A DNA stretch of 64,000 bases. It comes from Candidatus Methylomirabilota bacterium. Its GTDB lineage: Bacteria; Methylomirabilota; Methylomirabilia; Rokubacteriales; CSP1-6. The stretch spans positions 2,288 to 66,287 of the forward strand of contig DATFYA010000085.1 of assembly GCA_035315345.1 (NCBI GenBank), given 5' to 3'. A program made the translations under genes and the position numbers. The notes under the pieces were generated by a model, which was not told the origin of the DNA, made no database searches, and saw nothing but the letters and a program-made list of their open reading frames with translations. Positions 49,633-64,000 of this stretch are shown here, one piece after another. Positions within the stretch are counted from its first letter, which is position 1; every line of letters starts with the position of its first letter.

Positions 49633-50027
49633 GCCCGGCGCTCGCTCGTCGCGTCCGTGGCCTGCGCCCGCTCGCGGCGGTCGTCTTGCTGGCCGCGGCG
49701 TGCGGGCTGGCGGGCTGCGCGCCGCTGCCGCCCGCCCGACAGGTGGCCGACATCGGCTTGATCGAGGGGCGCTGGCAGGGCCAGATCAAGTTCGGCTTCG
49801 GCGGCTACCAGCTCTTCTACCCGACGATCTATCCCGACGGACGGCTGGTCGCCTCCTGGGACGGGGTGACGCGGTACGGGCAGGTGACGGTGGGGCCCGG
49901 ACCCACCCGCTTCAGCCTCTACATCTGGAGCGGGAGCCTCGACTACCTGGAGGGCGGTGGTGAGCGGGTGATCCTGATGAAGGAGGACTTCGGCTCCTGG
50001 GACGCGATCGTCCGTCCCCTCAAGTAG
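49629..50027 (+). CDS. hypothetical lipoprotein
   Basis: Signal peptide plus lipobox (LLAAACGLAGC). 132 aa. No recognisable domain. Confidence 0.4.
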   Translation: MSPALARRVRGLRPLAAVVLLAAACGLAGCAPLPPARQVADIGLIEGRWQGQIKFGFGGYQLFYPTIYPDGRLVASWDGVTRYGQVTVGPGPTRFSLYIWSGSLDYLEGGGERVILMKEDFGSWDAIVRPLK

Positions 50028-50517
50028 GGCGGCCGGCCTTCTGCCAGGCGGCCAGGTTGGCCTCGATCTGTCGCGCGTGGATCTCCAGATGCTCGGCGTA
50101 GATCCGCAGCCAGTCCTCGGCGGTATACCGGCCCGAGGCGGTGTGTCGCCCTTCGCGGCGCCAGGCTTCCTCGGGCAGCGTGCGGATCACCAGCGCGGTG
50201 GTGGCGCGGACCGCGCGTACGGTGGCGAGGGCTGGCGGAAGCGGCTGGCCGTGATAGTCGAGCGCCACCGCCCAGACGTTCTCGTCGTAGCCGAGCACCA
50301 GCGGGTCCGGCTCGCACACCACGTAGCGGATGCGCGCGGCGGCGTTGGTCTCGGAATCCGCGCAATGCCAGATCACCTCGTGGGCGGACCACTCGCCGGG
50401 CGCCGGCCGCCACTGCCTCGCCTCGGCGGGCACCGTGGCGATCGCTCGCTCGAGCCGCGCGGGCCCGTCGGCGTATCGCTGGATCAGCTGCGCTCGTTCG
50501 GATCGAGTGAGGGCCAT
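50020..50517 (-). CDS. DinB/YfiT-like (DinB_2 superfamily) four-helix-bundle metalloprotein
   Basis: His triad spacing typical of the DinB_2 fold (…HEVIWHCADSE…, …HLEIHARQ…). 165 aa. Confidence 0.5.
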   Translation of the reverse strand: MALTRSERAQLIQRYADGPARLERAIATVPAEARQWRPAPGEWSAHEVIWHCADSETNAAARIRYVVCEPDPLVLGYDENVWAVALDYHGQPLPPALATVRAVRATTALVIRTLPEEAWRREGRHTASGRYTAEDWLRIYAEHLEIHARQIEANLAAWQKAGRPT

Positions 50518-50519
50518 CG

Positions 50520-51047
50520 GTGATCGCCTCCGTGATCGGTCATCGCGTCCGCTCCCTGGTCGTCGCCGCGGCGGTCCTCGTGACCCTCGTGCCCGCGGCG
50601 GTCGCCCAGGAGGCGCCGCCGGCCGGTCGCGTGGACGCGGCCGGGCTCAAGGCGCTGCTCAACACACTCGGCTATCAGCCCCGGGAGTCGCGCAACGAGG
50701 CCGGCGTGGAGTACGAGATCGTCCTTCGCGCGGCGGACACCCGCGCCATCACCACGCGGGTCACCCTGTCCAAGGACGGTGCGCTGGTGTGGCTGGTGGC
50801 CTGGCTCAAGCGAGTGCCGACGAACCGCACCATCAGCGGCAACGCGGTCCTGGGCATGCTGATCGAGAACGACGCCATCGGCCCGACCCACTTCTCCTAC
50901 AACGAGGGCCGCCGCTGGTTCTTCCTCAACAAGCCGGTCGTCAACGTGGACCTCACCGCCGAGCGGCTGCGCGGCGAGTTCACGCACCTCGGCGCCACGG
51001 TGTCCCGTACCGAGGGCCTGTGGGATCCCGACCGCTGGAAGAAGTGA
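50520..51047 (+). CDS. hypothetical secreted protein (possibly YbjN-like fold)
   Basis: Cleavable signal peptide (…LVTLVPAAVAQE…). 175 aa. Domain call is weak. Confidence 0.35.
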   Translation: MIASVIGHRVRSLVVAAAVLVTLVPAAVAQEAPPAGRVDAAGLKALLNTLGYQPRESRNEAGVEYEIVLRAADTRAITTRVTLSKDGALVWLVAWLKRVPTNRTISGNAVLGMLIENDAIGPTHFSYNEGRRWFFLNKPVVNVDLTAERLRGEFTHLGATVSRTEGLWDPDRWKK

Positions 51048-51054
51048 GCGCGTC

Positions 51055-52503
51055 TCAGGCCAGCGGGGCGGGGAGGTCGGATCGCCCCATGAGGTAGCGG
51101 TCCACGCCGCGGGCCGCGCTCCGGCCATCCGCGATGGCCCACACGATCAGCGACTGGCCCCGCTGCATGTCGCCCGCGGTGAACACCCCGGGCACCGTGG
51201 TCATCCAGTTCTCGTCGCGCTTGACGTTGCCGCGGTCGGTCAGCTCGACGCCCAGCTGCTGCAGCAGGCCCGGCCGCTCGGGCCCGACGAAGCCCATTGC
51301 GAGCAGCACCAGCTCGCAGGGAAGGACGAAGGTGGACCCGGGCACCTCGCGGAACGTCACGCGTCCGCCCTCGCGCACCGTCTCCACCCGCGTCACCTCG
51401 AGCGACTTCACCATGCCTCGCTCGTCACCCAGGAAGCGCGACGTCGAGACCGAATAGACCCGCTCGCCGCCTTCCGCGTGGGCCGAGGAGACGCGGTAGA
51501 TGTTGGGCCACTGCGGCCACGGGTTGTCGGCGGCCCGCTCGTCGGGCGGGCGGGGCAGGATCTCGAGCTGATTGATCCCCAGCGCGGCCTGGCGATGAGC
51601 CGTGCCGAGGCAGTCGGCGCCGGTGTCGCCGCCCCCGATGATGACCACCCGCTTGCCGCGAGCGGTGATGAACTCGCCGTCGGCGATCCGGTCGCCCTCG
51701 CAGCGCCGGTTCTGCAGCGTGAGGTAGTCCATCGCGAAATGGATGCCGCCCAGCTGCCGGCCGGGAATCGGAAGATCGCGCGGGTCGGTGGCCCCGCCGC
51801 AGAGGACCAGGGCGTCGAACTCGCGCCGGAGATCCTCGACCGGCCGGTCCGCCCCGATGTGCGCGTTGGCCACGAAGCGCACGCCCTCGGCTTCCATCTG
51901 GGCGAGCCGGCGGGCCAGGACGCGCTTCTCCATCTTGAACTCGGGGATGCCGTAGCGCAGCAGCCCGCCGATCCGGTCGGCCCGCTCGAAGACGGTGACC
52001 GCGTGGCCCGCCCGCGCCAGCTGCTGGGCGGCGGCAAGCCCCGCGGGGCCGGATCCCACGATCGCCACCGTCTTGCCGGTACGGCGCGCGGCCGGCTCCG
52101 GGACGACCCAGCCCTCCGCGAAGGCTCGGTCGATGATCGACAGCTCGATCCCCTTGATGGTCACCGCGTCGTCGTTGATGCCGAGCACGCAGGAGCCCTC
52201 GCAGGGGGCCGGGCAGAGCGTCCCGGTGAACTCGGGGAAGTTGTTGGTCGCGTGCAGGCGGTCGATGGCCTCGCGCCAGCGGTCGCGGTAGACCAGATCG
52301 TTCCAGTCGGGGATGAGATTGCCGAGCGGACAGCCCTGGTGGCAGAACGGGATGCCGCAGTCCATGCAGCGCGCGCCCTGCTTGCGGAGGGCGTCGGTCG
52401 GCCACGGCAGCATGACCTGCTTCCAGTCGCGGATCCGCTCCTCGACGGGCCGATAGGGCTGCTTGTCCCGCTTGAACTCGATGAAGCCGGTGATCTTGCC
52501 CAT
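51055..52503 (-). CDS. gltD: glutamate synthase (NADPH) small subunit
   Basis: N-terminal 4Fe-4S Cys cluster (CMDCGIPFC…, CPAPCEGSC) plus FAD/NAD(P) Rossmann folds ([14 protein letters not shown]). 482 aa. Confidence 0.9.
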   Translation of the reverse strand: MGKITGFIEFKRDKQPYRPVEERIRDWKQVMLPWPTDALRKQGARCMDCGIPFCHQGCPLGNLIPDWNDLVYRDRWREAIDRLHATNNFPEFTGTLCPAPCEGSCVLGINDDAVTIKGIELSIIDRAFAEGWVVPEPAARRTGKTVAIVGSGPAGLAAAQQLARAGHAVTVFERADRIGGLLRYGIPEFKMEKRVLARRLAQMEAEGVRFVANAHIGADRPVEDLRREFDALVLCGGATDPRDLPIPGRQLGGIHFAMDYLTLQNRRCEGDRIADGEFITARGKRVVIIGGGDTGADCLGTAHRQAALGINQLEILPRPPDERAADNPWPQWPNIYRVSSAHAEGGERVYSVSTSRFLGDERGMVKSLEVTRVETVREGGRVTFREVPGSTFVLPCELVLLAMGFVGPERPGLLQQLGVELTDRGNVKRDENWMTTVPGVFTAGDMQRGQSLIVWAIADGRSAARGVDRYLMGRSDLPAPLA

Positions 52504-52515
52504 TCGCGGGGCGCC

Positions 52516-57108
<4,593 letters not shown>

Positions 57109-57237
57109 CCCGACCGCTTCGCCGGGGTCCCGACTCCGTGTTCCTCGCCTCGACGTCGTCGTCGACCGGCCCGAACTTGTCCCGGAACACTACACGGAGA
57201 ACGACCATTAGCCAAGCACTAAGTAAAAAAACATGAC

Positions 57238-57252
57238 ATTAGCGTTGCTAAT
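57238..57252 (+). promoter_or_regulatory. LysR-type T-N11-A box (ATTAGC-GTT-GCTAAT) in the gltB / LysR divergent spacer
   Basis: Perfect 6-bp inverted repeat with 3-nt centre. An additional ATTAGC half-site lies at 57207-57212. Region is AT-rich relative to the genome. Confidence 0.45.
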
Positions 57253-57270
57253 AGTGGTACGGTCGGGGCC

Positions 57271-58164
57271 GTGAACCTCGAGACGCTGCAGCTCTACTGC
57301 GACGTGGTCCGGCTGCGCAGCATCTCCCGCGGGGCCGCCGCCAATACCGTCTCGCAGTCCGCGGCGAGCCAGGCCATCCAGCAGCTGGAGGCCGAGCTCG
57401 ACGCCGCGCTGCTCGACCGCTCCCGCCGTCCGCTCCTGCCCACCGACCAGGGCCGCGCCTTCTACGACGCCTGCCGGGCGTTGCTCCAGGGATTCGAAAA
57501 GGCGCGGGCCGATCTCGCCGCCTCGCGGGAGCGGGTGGAGGGGACGGTGCGGGTGGCCGCCATCTACTCGGTGGGGCTGCACGACATGAGCCGCCACATG
57601 CAGCCGTTCATGTCCGCGTACCCGCAGGCCCGCGTGCGGCTGGAGTGCCTGCATCCGCACAAGGTGGTCGAGGCGGTCCTGGAGGACGAAGCCGACGTGG
57701 GCATCCTGTCCTACCCGACCGCGTCGCGATCCATCAGCGTGCTGCCCCTCCGCTCCGAGCCGATGGTGCTGGTGGCGCACCCCTCGCACCGCCTGGCTCG
57801 CCGCCGCTCGGTGGCACCCTCGGAGCTGCACGGCGAGAAGTTCGTGGCCTTCGATCGCGATCTGCCCATCCGCCGCGCCATCGACCGGGCGCTCAGGCAG
57901 CAGGAGGTCGCCGTCGACGTGGTGATGCAGTTCGACAACGTCGAGACGATCAAGCAGGCCATCGGCATCAACTCGGGAGTGAGCATCCTGCCCCGGCCCA
58001 CCGTGCTGAAAGAATCCGAGATGCGCACGTTGGCGGTGGTGCCGCTGGGACTCCCCAGCCTGGTGCGGCCGGTCGGCATCATCCATCGACGCGGACGACG
58101 CTTGACGCCGGTGGTCGCCCGCTTCATCGAGCAGCTCCAGCACGCCGGCGACGCGGTGCCGTGA
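57271..58164 (+). CDS. LysR-family transcriptional regulator (GltC-like by position)
   Basis: N-terminal wHTH (…LETLQLYCDVVRLRSISRGAAANTVSQSAASQAIQQLE…) plus LysR substrate-binding domain. Divergent from gltBD. Confidence 0.85.
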   Translation: MNLETLQLYCDVVRLRSISRGAAANTVSQSAASQAIQQLEAELDAALLDRSRRPLLPTDQGRAFYDACRALLQGFEKARADLAASRERVEGTVRVAAIYSVGLHDMSRHMQPFMSAYPQARVRLECLHPHKVVEAVLEDEADVGILSYPTASRSISVLPLRSEPMVLVAHPSHRLARRRSVAPSELHGEKFVAFDRDLPIRRAIDRALRQQEVAVDVVMQFDNVETIKQAIGINSGVSILPRPTVLKESEMRTLAVVPLGLPSLVRPVGIIHRRGRRLTPVVARFIEQLQHAGDAVP

Positions 58165-58251
58165 GGCCCGGCCGCCGCGTCCTGGCCGTGGTACCGTAGT
58201 CCACGTGAGCGGTCCGCGCGTCCACTCCGCGCGCCGCCGAGGAGAGATGAC

Positions 58252-59403
58252 ATGACCCCGCACCCGGCGCCGCCGCCCGACGCTGCCGCGTCCTTGATCA
58301 TCGCGGCCAGCGAGGCCGACTCGAATCTCTACTACGCGTGCCGCTTCCTGGCCCCCGACGCCTTCGTCTACCTGCAGGTCGACGGGCGCCGGATCCTGGT
58401 CATGTCCGACCTCGAGGTCGACCGGGCCCGGGCCCAGGCTCGAGTGGACGAGGTGCTCTCCCTCTCGGAGTGGGACGCCAAGGCGCGCCAGCGCTGGCCC
58501 CAGCCAAAACTGACCGACACGGTCAGCCTGCTGCTCGAGGACTACGGGGTGAAGGCGGTCGAAGTGCCCGGGGACTTTCCGCTCGAGCTGGCCGACCGGC
58601 TTCGCGAGCGGGGCGTCACGGTCACCCCGCGGCCCAGCCCGTTCCTGCCCGAGCGCCTCGTCAAGACTCCGGAGGAGGTCGCGGCGATCGAGGAGACCCA
58701 GCGCCACACCGAAACCGCGCTCGAGGCCGCGCTGCAGGTGCTGCGGGAGAGCGTCATCCGGGGCGACCAGGTGCTCTACAAGGGCCGTCCGCTCACCTCG
58801 GAGGATCTCAAGAAGACGGTGAACGTCTCGCTGATGGAGAACGACTGCATCGCCGAGCACACGATCATCGCCTGCGGCGACCAGGGCGTCGACCCGCACA
58901 ATCAGGGTACCGGACCGATCCGTCCCAACGAGGGCATCATCTTCGACATCTTTCCGCGCTCGTCGACCAGCCGCTACTACGCGGACATGACCCGCACGGT
59001 CGTCAAGGGCAGGGCGTCCGACGAGCTCCGCCGGCTCTACGACGCGGTGCTGGCGAGCCAGCTGCGGGGCATCGAGCTGATCAAGAACGGCGCCTCCGGC
59101 GGGGCCATCCACGCCGAGGTGAACCGGACCCTGGAGTCACGCGGTTACATGACCGGGGTGGTCAACGGGCGCAACCAGGGGTTCTTTCACGGCACGGGTC
59201 ACGGCGTCGGGCTGGACATCCACGAGCTGCCGCGGATCAGCCGGCTCGACTACGAGCTCCGGACCGGCCACGTGGTGACCGTCGAGCCCGGGTTGTACTA
59301 CCCCGGGAAAGGGGCGGTGCGCATCGAGGACATGGTCCTGGTCGAGGCCGCCGGCTGTCGGAACCTCACGCGGTCACCGAAGATGGAGCTGCTCGAGCTC
59401 TAA
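58252..59403 (+). CDS. M24-family metallopeptidase (Xaa-Pro aminopeptidase / prolidase-like)
   Basis: Pita-bread fold metal ligands (…DMTRTV…HGTGHGVGLDIHE…VEPGLY…EDMVLV…). Confidence 0.85.
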   Translation: MTPHPAPPPDAAASLIIAASEADSNLYYACRFLAPDAFVYLQVDGRRILVMSDLEVDRARAQARVDEVLSLSEWDAKARQRWPQPKLTDTVSLLLEDYGVKAVEVPGDFPLELADRLRERGVTVTPRPSPFLPERLVKTPEEVAAIEETQRHTETALEAALQVLRESVIRGDQVLYKGRPLTSEDLKKTVNVSLMENDCIAEHTIIACGDQGVDPHNQGTGPIRPNEGIIFDIFPRSSTSRYYADMTRTVVKGRASDELRRLYDAVLASQLRGIELIKNGASGGAIHAEVNRTLESRGYMTGVVNGRNQGFFHGTGHGVGLDIHELPRISRLDYELRTGHVVTVEPGLYYPGKGAVRIEDMVLVEAAGCRNLTRSPKMELLEL

Positions 59404-59537
59404 GCGATAACCTTGCTTCTATTCAGGCATTTGGGTAGCATGACCTGGGAGTGTCACGCCTCTGATCGCGGGTTTCCGAGCCGTGGATGACCGGAGCCAC
59501 TCCGCCTGGATGCTGACCGCCGAAAGGATATCTAGAG

Positions 59538-61402
59538 ATGAGTGACAGCGTCGCCACGCCGGTTGCGAAGAAGCCTCGCCGCACTCTCACGCGTGCCGTG
59601 ATCCGCTTCGCGGGAGACTCCGGTGATGGCATGCAGGTGACGGGCGAGCAGTTCACGACCGAGGCGGCGTGGGCGGGCAACGACATCTCGACGCTGCCGA
59701 ACTTCCCGGCCGAGATCCGGGCCCCCGCCGGGACGCTGTTCGGAGTGTCGAGCTTCCAGCTCCAGTTCGGCAGCCAGCGCGTGTACACCCCGGGCGACCA
59801 GCTGGACGCGCTGGTGGTCATGAACCCCGCCGCCTTCAAGGTGCACCTGCCCGACCTCAAGCCGGGCGGCCTGCTGATCGTCAACCCGGCCGCCTTCGAC
59901 CAGCGCAACCTCGAGAAGGCGGGCTACGCCACGAGCCCGCTCGAGGATCCCGCGCTCGGCGAGAAGTACCGGCTGCATCAGGTCGACATCGCCGGCCTGA
60001 CCAAGAAGGCGCTCGATGACCTGCCGCTGAACGCGAAAGAGAAGGACCGCTGCAAGAACTTCTTCGCGCTCGGCCTCGTGTCGTGGATCTACACGCGCCC
60101 GCTCGAGCCGACCCTGGATGCGATCCAGAAGCGCTTCGCCAAGCGCCCCGAGTTCGTCGAGGCCAACATCCGCGCGCTCAAGGCCGGCCACGCCTTCGGC
60201 GAGACCGCCGAGATGTTCGCCGAGCACTACGGCGTCGAGCCGGCCGAGATGGCGCCCGGCGTCTACCGCAGCATGACCGGCAACCGGGCGCTGGCCTGGG
60301 GCCTGCTCGCGGCGGCGGAGCGCACCAAGATCCCGGTGATCTTCGGGGCGTATCCGATCACGCCGGCCAGCGACATCCTGCACGAGCTGGCGCTGCACAA
60401 GCGGTTCCGGATCCGCACCTTCCAGGCCGAGGACGAGATCGCGGCGGCCACCGCGGCGATCGGGGCCTCGTTTGGCGGCTGCATCGGCGTGACCGCCTCG
60501 AGCGGTCCCGGCATCGCGCTCAAGGGCGAGGCGATCGGCCTCGCGGTCACCGCGGAGCTGCCGCTGGTGGTCTTCGACATCCAGCGCGGTGGCCCCAGCA
60601 CCGGGCTGCCCACCAAGACCGAGCAGGCCGACCTGATGCAGGCCCTCTATGGTCGCAACAGCGAATCACCAGTCGTGGTGATCGCTCCGGCCACGCCGGG
60701 CGATTGCTTCTACATCGCCTACGAGGCGGTGCGGCTGGCCGTCAAGTACATGGTGCCGGTGATGGTGCTCTCCGACGGATATCTGGCCAACGGCTCGGAG
60801 CCCTGGCTGATCCCGGACCCGAAGAGCTTGCCCGACATCCCGCTCGAGTTCCGGACCGAGCGCGAGGGGTTCTTCCCGTACCTGCGCGATCCGGCGACCC
60901 TGTCGCGGCCGTGGGTGCGTCCGGGGACTCCCGGCCTGGAGCATCGTATCGGCGGCATCGAGAAGCAGGACGTGACCGGCAACATCTCCTACGATCCCGA
61001 GAATCACGACCACATGGTCCGCACCCGCGCCGAGAAGGTGCGGCGGGTGGCCCAGGAGATCGCGCCGCTCTCGATCAACGGCCCCGCCGCCGGCGAGGTG
61101 CTGGTGGTCGGCTGGGGCGGGACCTACGGCGCGATCACCGCGGCGGTCGAGGAGGCGCAGGGCGAGGGCAAGGCGGTGGCCTCGGTCCACCTGCGCTACC
61201 TGAATCCGCTGCCCCCGGATCTCGGCCACATCCTGCGTCAGTATCGTCGGGTGCTGGTGCCCGAGATCAACAGCGGGCAGCTGGTGCGGATCCTGAGAGC
61301 CGAGTACCTGGTCGACGCGGTGGGATTCAACCGGGTGCGCGGCCTGCCGCTCGCGAGCCAGGAGATCTACGAAGCGATCAACCAACTGCTGGAGGCCAAG
61401 CG

Positions 61403-61406
<4 letters not shown>
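59538..61406 (+). CDS. korA: 2-oxoacid:ferredoxin oxidoreductase alpha subunit (fused gamma/alpha; KorA-type)
   Basis: N-terminal gamma-like domain (…IRFAGDSGDGMQVTGEQF…) followed by the alpha domain. 622 aa. Confidence 0.85.
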
Positions 61407-62434
<1,028 letters not shown>

Positions 62435-62462
62435 TCCGGCGCCCCGCCGCCCGCTTGAAGAT

Positions 62463-62498
62463 CACCGGCCCTCTCGACGAGGGCCGGTGGTATTTTCT
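62463..62498 (+). terminator. Rho-independent terminator after korB
   Basis: 11-bp GC stem CACCGGCCCTC / GAGGGCCGGTG, 5-nt loop, followed by GTATTTTCT. Confidence 0.7.
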
Positions 62499-62518
62499 GA
62501 GCCGGTGACATTCCCGCC

Positions 62519-63964
62519 ATGCCCCTGAGTCCCCGGGTCCTCCGCGAGCTGGAAGCCATCCTCGGCTCCCGCGGCCTCGTCCTCTCCCGCGAGGGGTTGC
62601 TCACCTACGAGTGCGACATGCACACGTTCTACAAGGGCGCGCCCGAAGCGGTGGTACTGCCCGAGTCCGCGGAGCAGGTGGCCGCGGTGGTGCGCCTGTG
62701 CCGCCGGGAGCGGGTCCCGGTCGTGCCGCGAGGCTCGGGCACCGGGCTCATCGGCGGCGCGATGGCGTCCGCGGGCGGGGTCATGGTCTCGATGACGCGG
62801 ATGAACCGCATCGTGGAGCTCGACTTCCCGAACCGCTGCGCCACCGTGCAGCCCGGGCTCATCAATCTGTGGCTGAGCCAGGCCACGCGGGAGGGCGGCT
62901 ACTTCTTCGCCCCGGATCCGTCGAGCCAGATGGTGTCCTCCATCGGAGGCAACGCGTCGACCAATGCCGGTGGCCCGCACTGCCTCAAGTACGGCATCAC
63001 CGTCAACCACGTCCTGGGCCTCGAGGTCGTCACGGGGGCGGGGGAGCTGGTGCGGCTGGGCGGCAAGACGCACGAGCGGCCCGGCTACGATCTGACCGGG
63101 GTGATGGTGGGCGCCGAGGGCACGCTCGGACTGATCACCGGAGTGATCGTGCGGCTCACCCACCTGCCGGAATCGGTGAAGACCATCCTCGCGTCGTTCC
63201 CCACCATCGAGGACGCCTCCGAGACGGTCTCCGCGATCATCCGGGCCGGCATCATCCCGGCGGCCCTCGAGATGCTCGACGAGGTCGTGATCCGGGCCAT
63301 CGAGGAGGGGATCCACGCGGGTTATCCGAAGGGAGCCGGCGCGGTGCTGCTCATCGAGCTGGACGGCCCCGCCGCGGAGATCGAGGCGCAGGCGGCGCCG
63401 ATCGAGGCGATCTGTCGAGACCACCTGGCGCTCGAGATCCGGATCGCGCGCAGCGAGGCGGAGCGCGCGCTGCTCTGGAAGGGACGGAAGGAGGCGGCCG
63501 GCGTGTTCGGCCGGCTCACGCCCAACTGGCTGCTCCAGGACGCGGTGGTGCCGCGCTCCCGGCTCCCCGAGATCATGCGCGAGCTGCAGGCGATCGGCGC
63601 GCGACACGGGGTGGTCATCGCCAACGTCTTCCACGCCGGCGACGGCAACCTGCATCCGCTCATCTGCTACGACGACCGGAAGCCCGGCGACCTCGAGCGG
63701 GCCAAGCACGCCAACGAGGACCTGCTGCATGCCTGCCTCCGCCTCGGCGGCAGCGTCACCGGCGAGCACGGGGTGGGCCTCGACAAGTGCGAGAGCCTGC
63801 CGCTGCAGTTCGCGGAGGCCGATCTCAACTTCATGGCTCGGCTGCGTCGCGCGTTCGACCCGGACTCGATCATGAATCCCGGCAAGCTCCTGCCGTCGCA
63901 CCCGGCGTGCGGGGAGGGCTTTCGCCCCGCCGCGCGCCCGCTGCCCACCGGCACCTGGATCTGA
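62519..63964 (+). CDS. glcD: FAD-linked oxidase (glycolate oxidase GlcD / D-lactate dehydrogenase family)
   Basis: FAD-binding PCMH domain (…VVPRGSGTGLIGGA…) and C-terminal oxidase domain (…HAGDGNLHP…). 481 aa. A further GTG-initiated ORF begins at 63967 and is cut off by the window end. Confidence 0.85.
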   Translation: MPLSPRVLRELEAILGSRGLVLSREGLLTYECDMHTFYKGAPEAVVLPESAEQVAAVVRLCRRERVPVVPRGSGTGLIGGAMASAGGVMVSMTRMNRIVELDFPNRCATVQPGLINLWLSQATREGGYFFAPDPSSQMVSSIGGNASTNAGGPHCLKYGITVNHVLGLEVVTGAGELVRLGGKTHERPGYDLTGVMVGAEGTLGLITGVIVRLTHLPESVKTILASFPTIEDASETVSAIIRAGIIPAALEMLDEVVIRAIEEGIHAGYPKGAGAVLLIELDGPAAEIEAQAAPIEAICRDHLALEIRIARSEAERALLWKGRKEAAGVFGRLTPNWLLQDAVVPRSRLPEIMRELQAIGARHGVVIANVFHAGDGNLHPLICYDDRKPGDLERAKHANEDLLHACLRLGGSVTGEHGVGLDKCESLPLQFAEADLNFMARLRRAFDPDSIMNPGKLLPSHPACGEGFRPAARPLPTGTWI

Positions 63965-64000
63965 GCGTGGCCGTCTCCGCCCCGGCGCTGCACCACGCCC

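Overview
High-GC window (about 70% G+C by eye, very strong GC3 bias), almost entirely coding, with nearly all genes on the + strand. It looks like a chromosomal core region of an uncultivated high-GC bacterium; I cannot assign a taxon from sequence alone. Gene order and CodW-type HslV resemble Firmicutes-like synteny (dprA-topA-xerC-hslVU).

Genes in order:
- 5'-truncated GntR/FadR-type regulator
- ppdK
- ilvB-ilvH-ilvC, with psd-pssA interposed before leuB
- asd, truA
- haem cluster hemX-like/hemA/hemC/hemD/hemB, interrupted by an Rrf2(CymR-like)-cysK-cysO(MoaD-like)-JAMM(Mec+) cysteine/sulfur-carrier module, then hemL
- an alternative-complex-III-like operon (ActB-C-D-E-F, no ActA), then moeA
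- a repeat-rich convergent intergenic region
- YeeE/YedE transporter (- strand), ybgF/cpoB-like
- dprA-topA-xerC-hslV-hslU
- argB-argD-argF-argG, translationally coupled to a ComB-family phosphatase, then pgsA-plsY-gpsA and a GalT-like HIT protein
- tRNA-Gly/Cys/Leu cluster, yjbQ
- a tightly coupled B12-radical-SAM / Rieske / moaA / chlorite-dismutase-family operon
- three small hypothetical genes
- gltD-gltB (- strand) with a divergent LysR (gltC-like) regulator
- M24 peptidase, korA-korB (2-oxoacid:ferredoxin oxidoreductase), glcD-like FAD oxidase

Most interesting non-genic signals:
- A about 590-bp block between moeA and yeeE made of three copies of a 133-bp MITE-like element with 20-26-bp terminal inverted repeats, interleaved with duplicated 3' ends of both flanking genes.
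- A dispersed REP/BIME-like hairpin repeat family with copies at 5.25 kb and 45.6 kb, the latter followed by a 3.x-copy 35-bp tandem array.
- A 21-bp tandem duplication that gives the CysO-like sulfur carrier a repeated PALAGGG C-terminal extension just upstream of a JAMM protease.
- A direct repeat in front of argD.

The many long antisense ORFs in the track are GC-bias artefacts. No CRISPR array, rRNA or transposase gene was seen.
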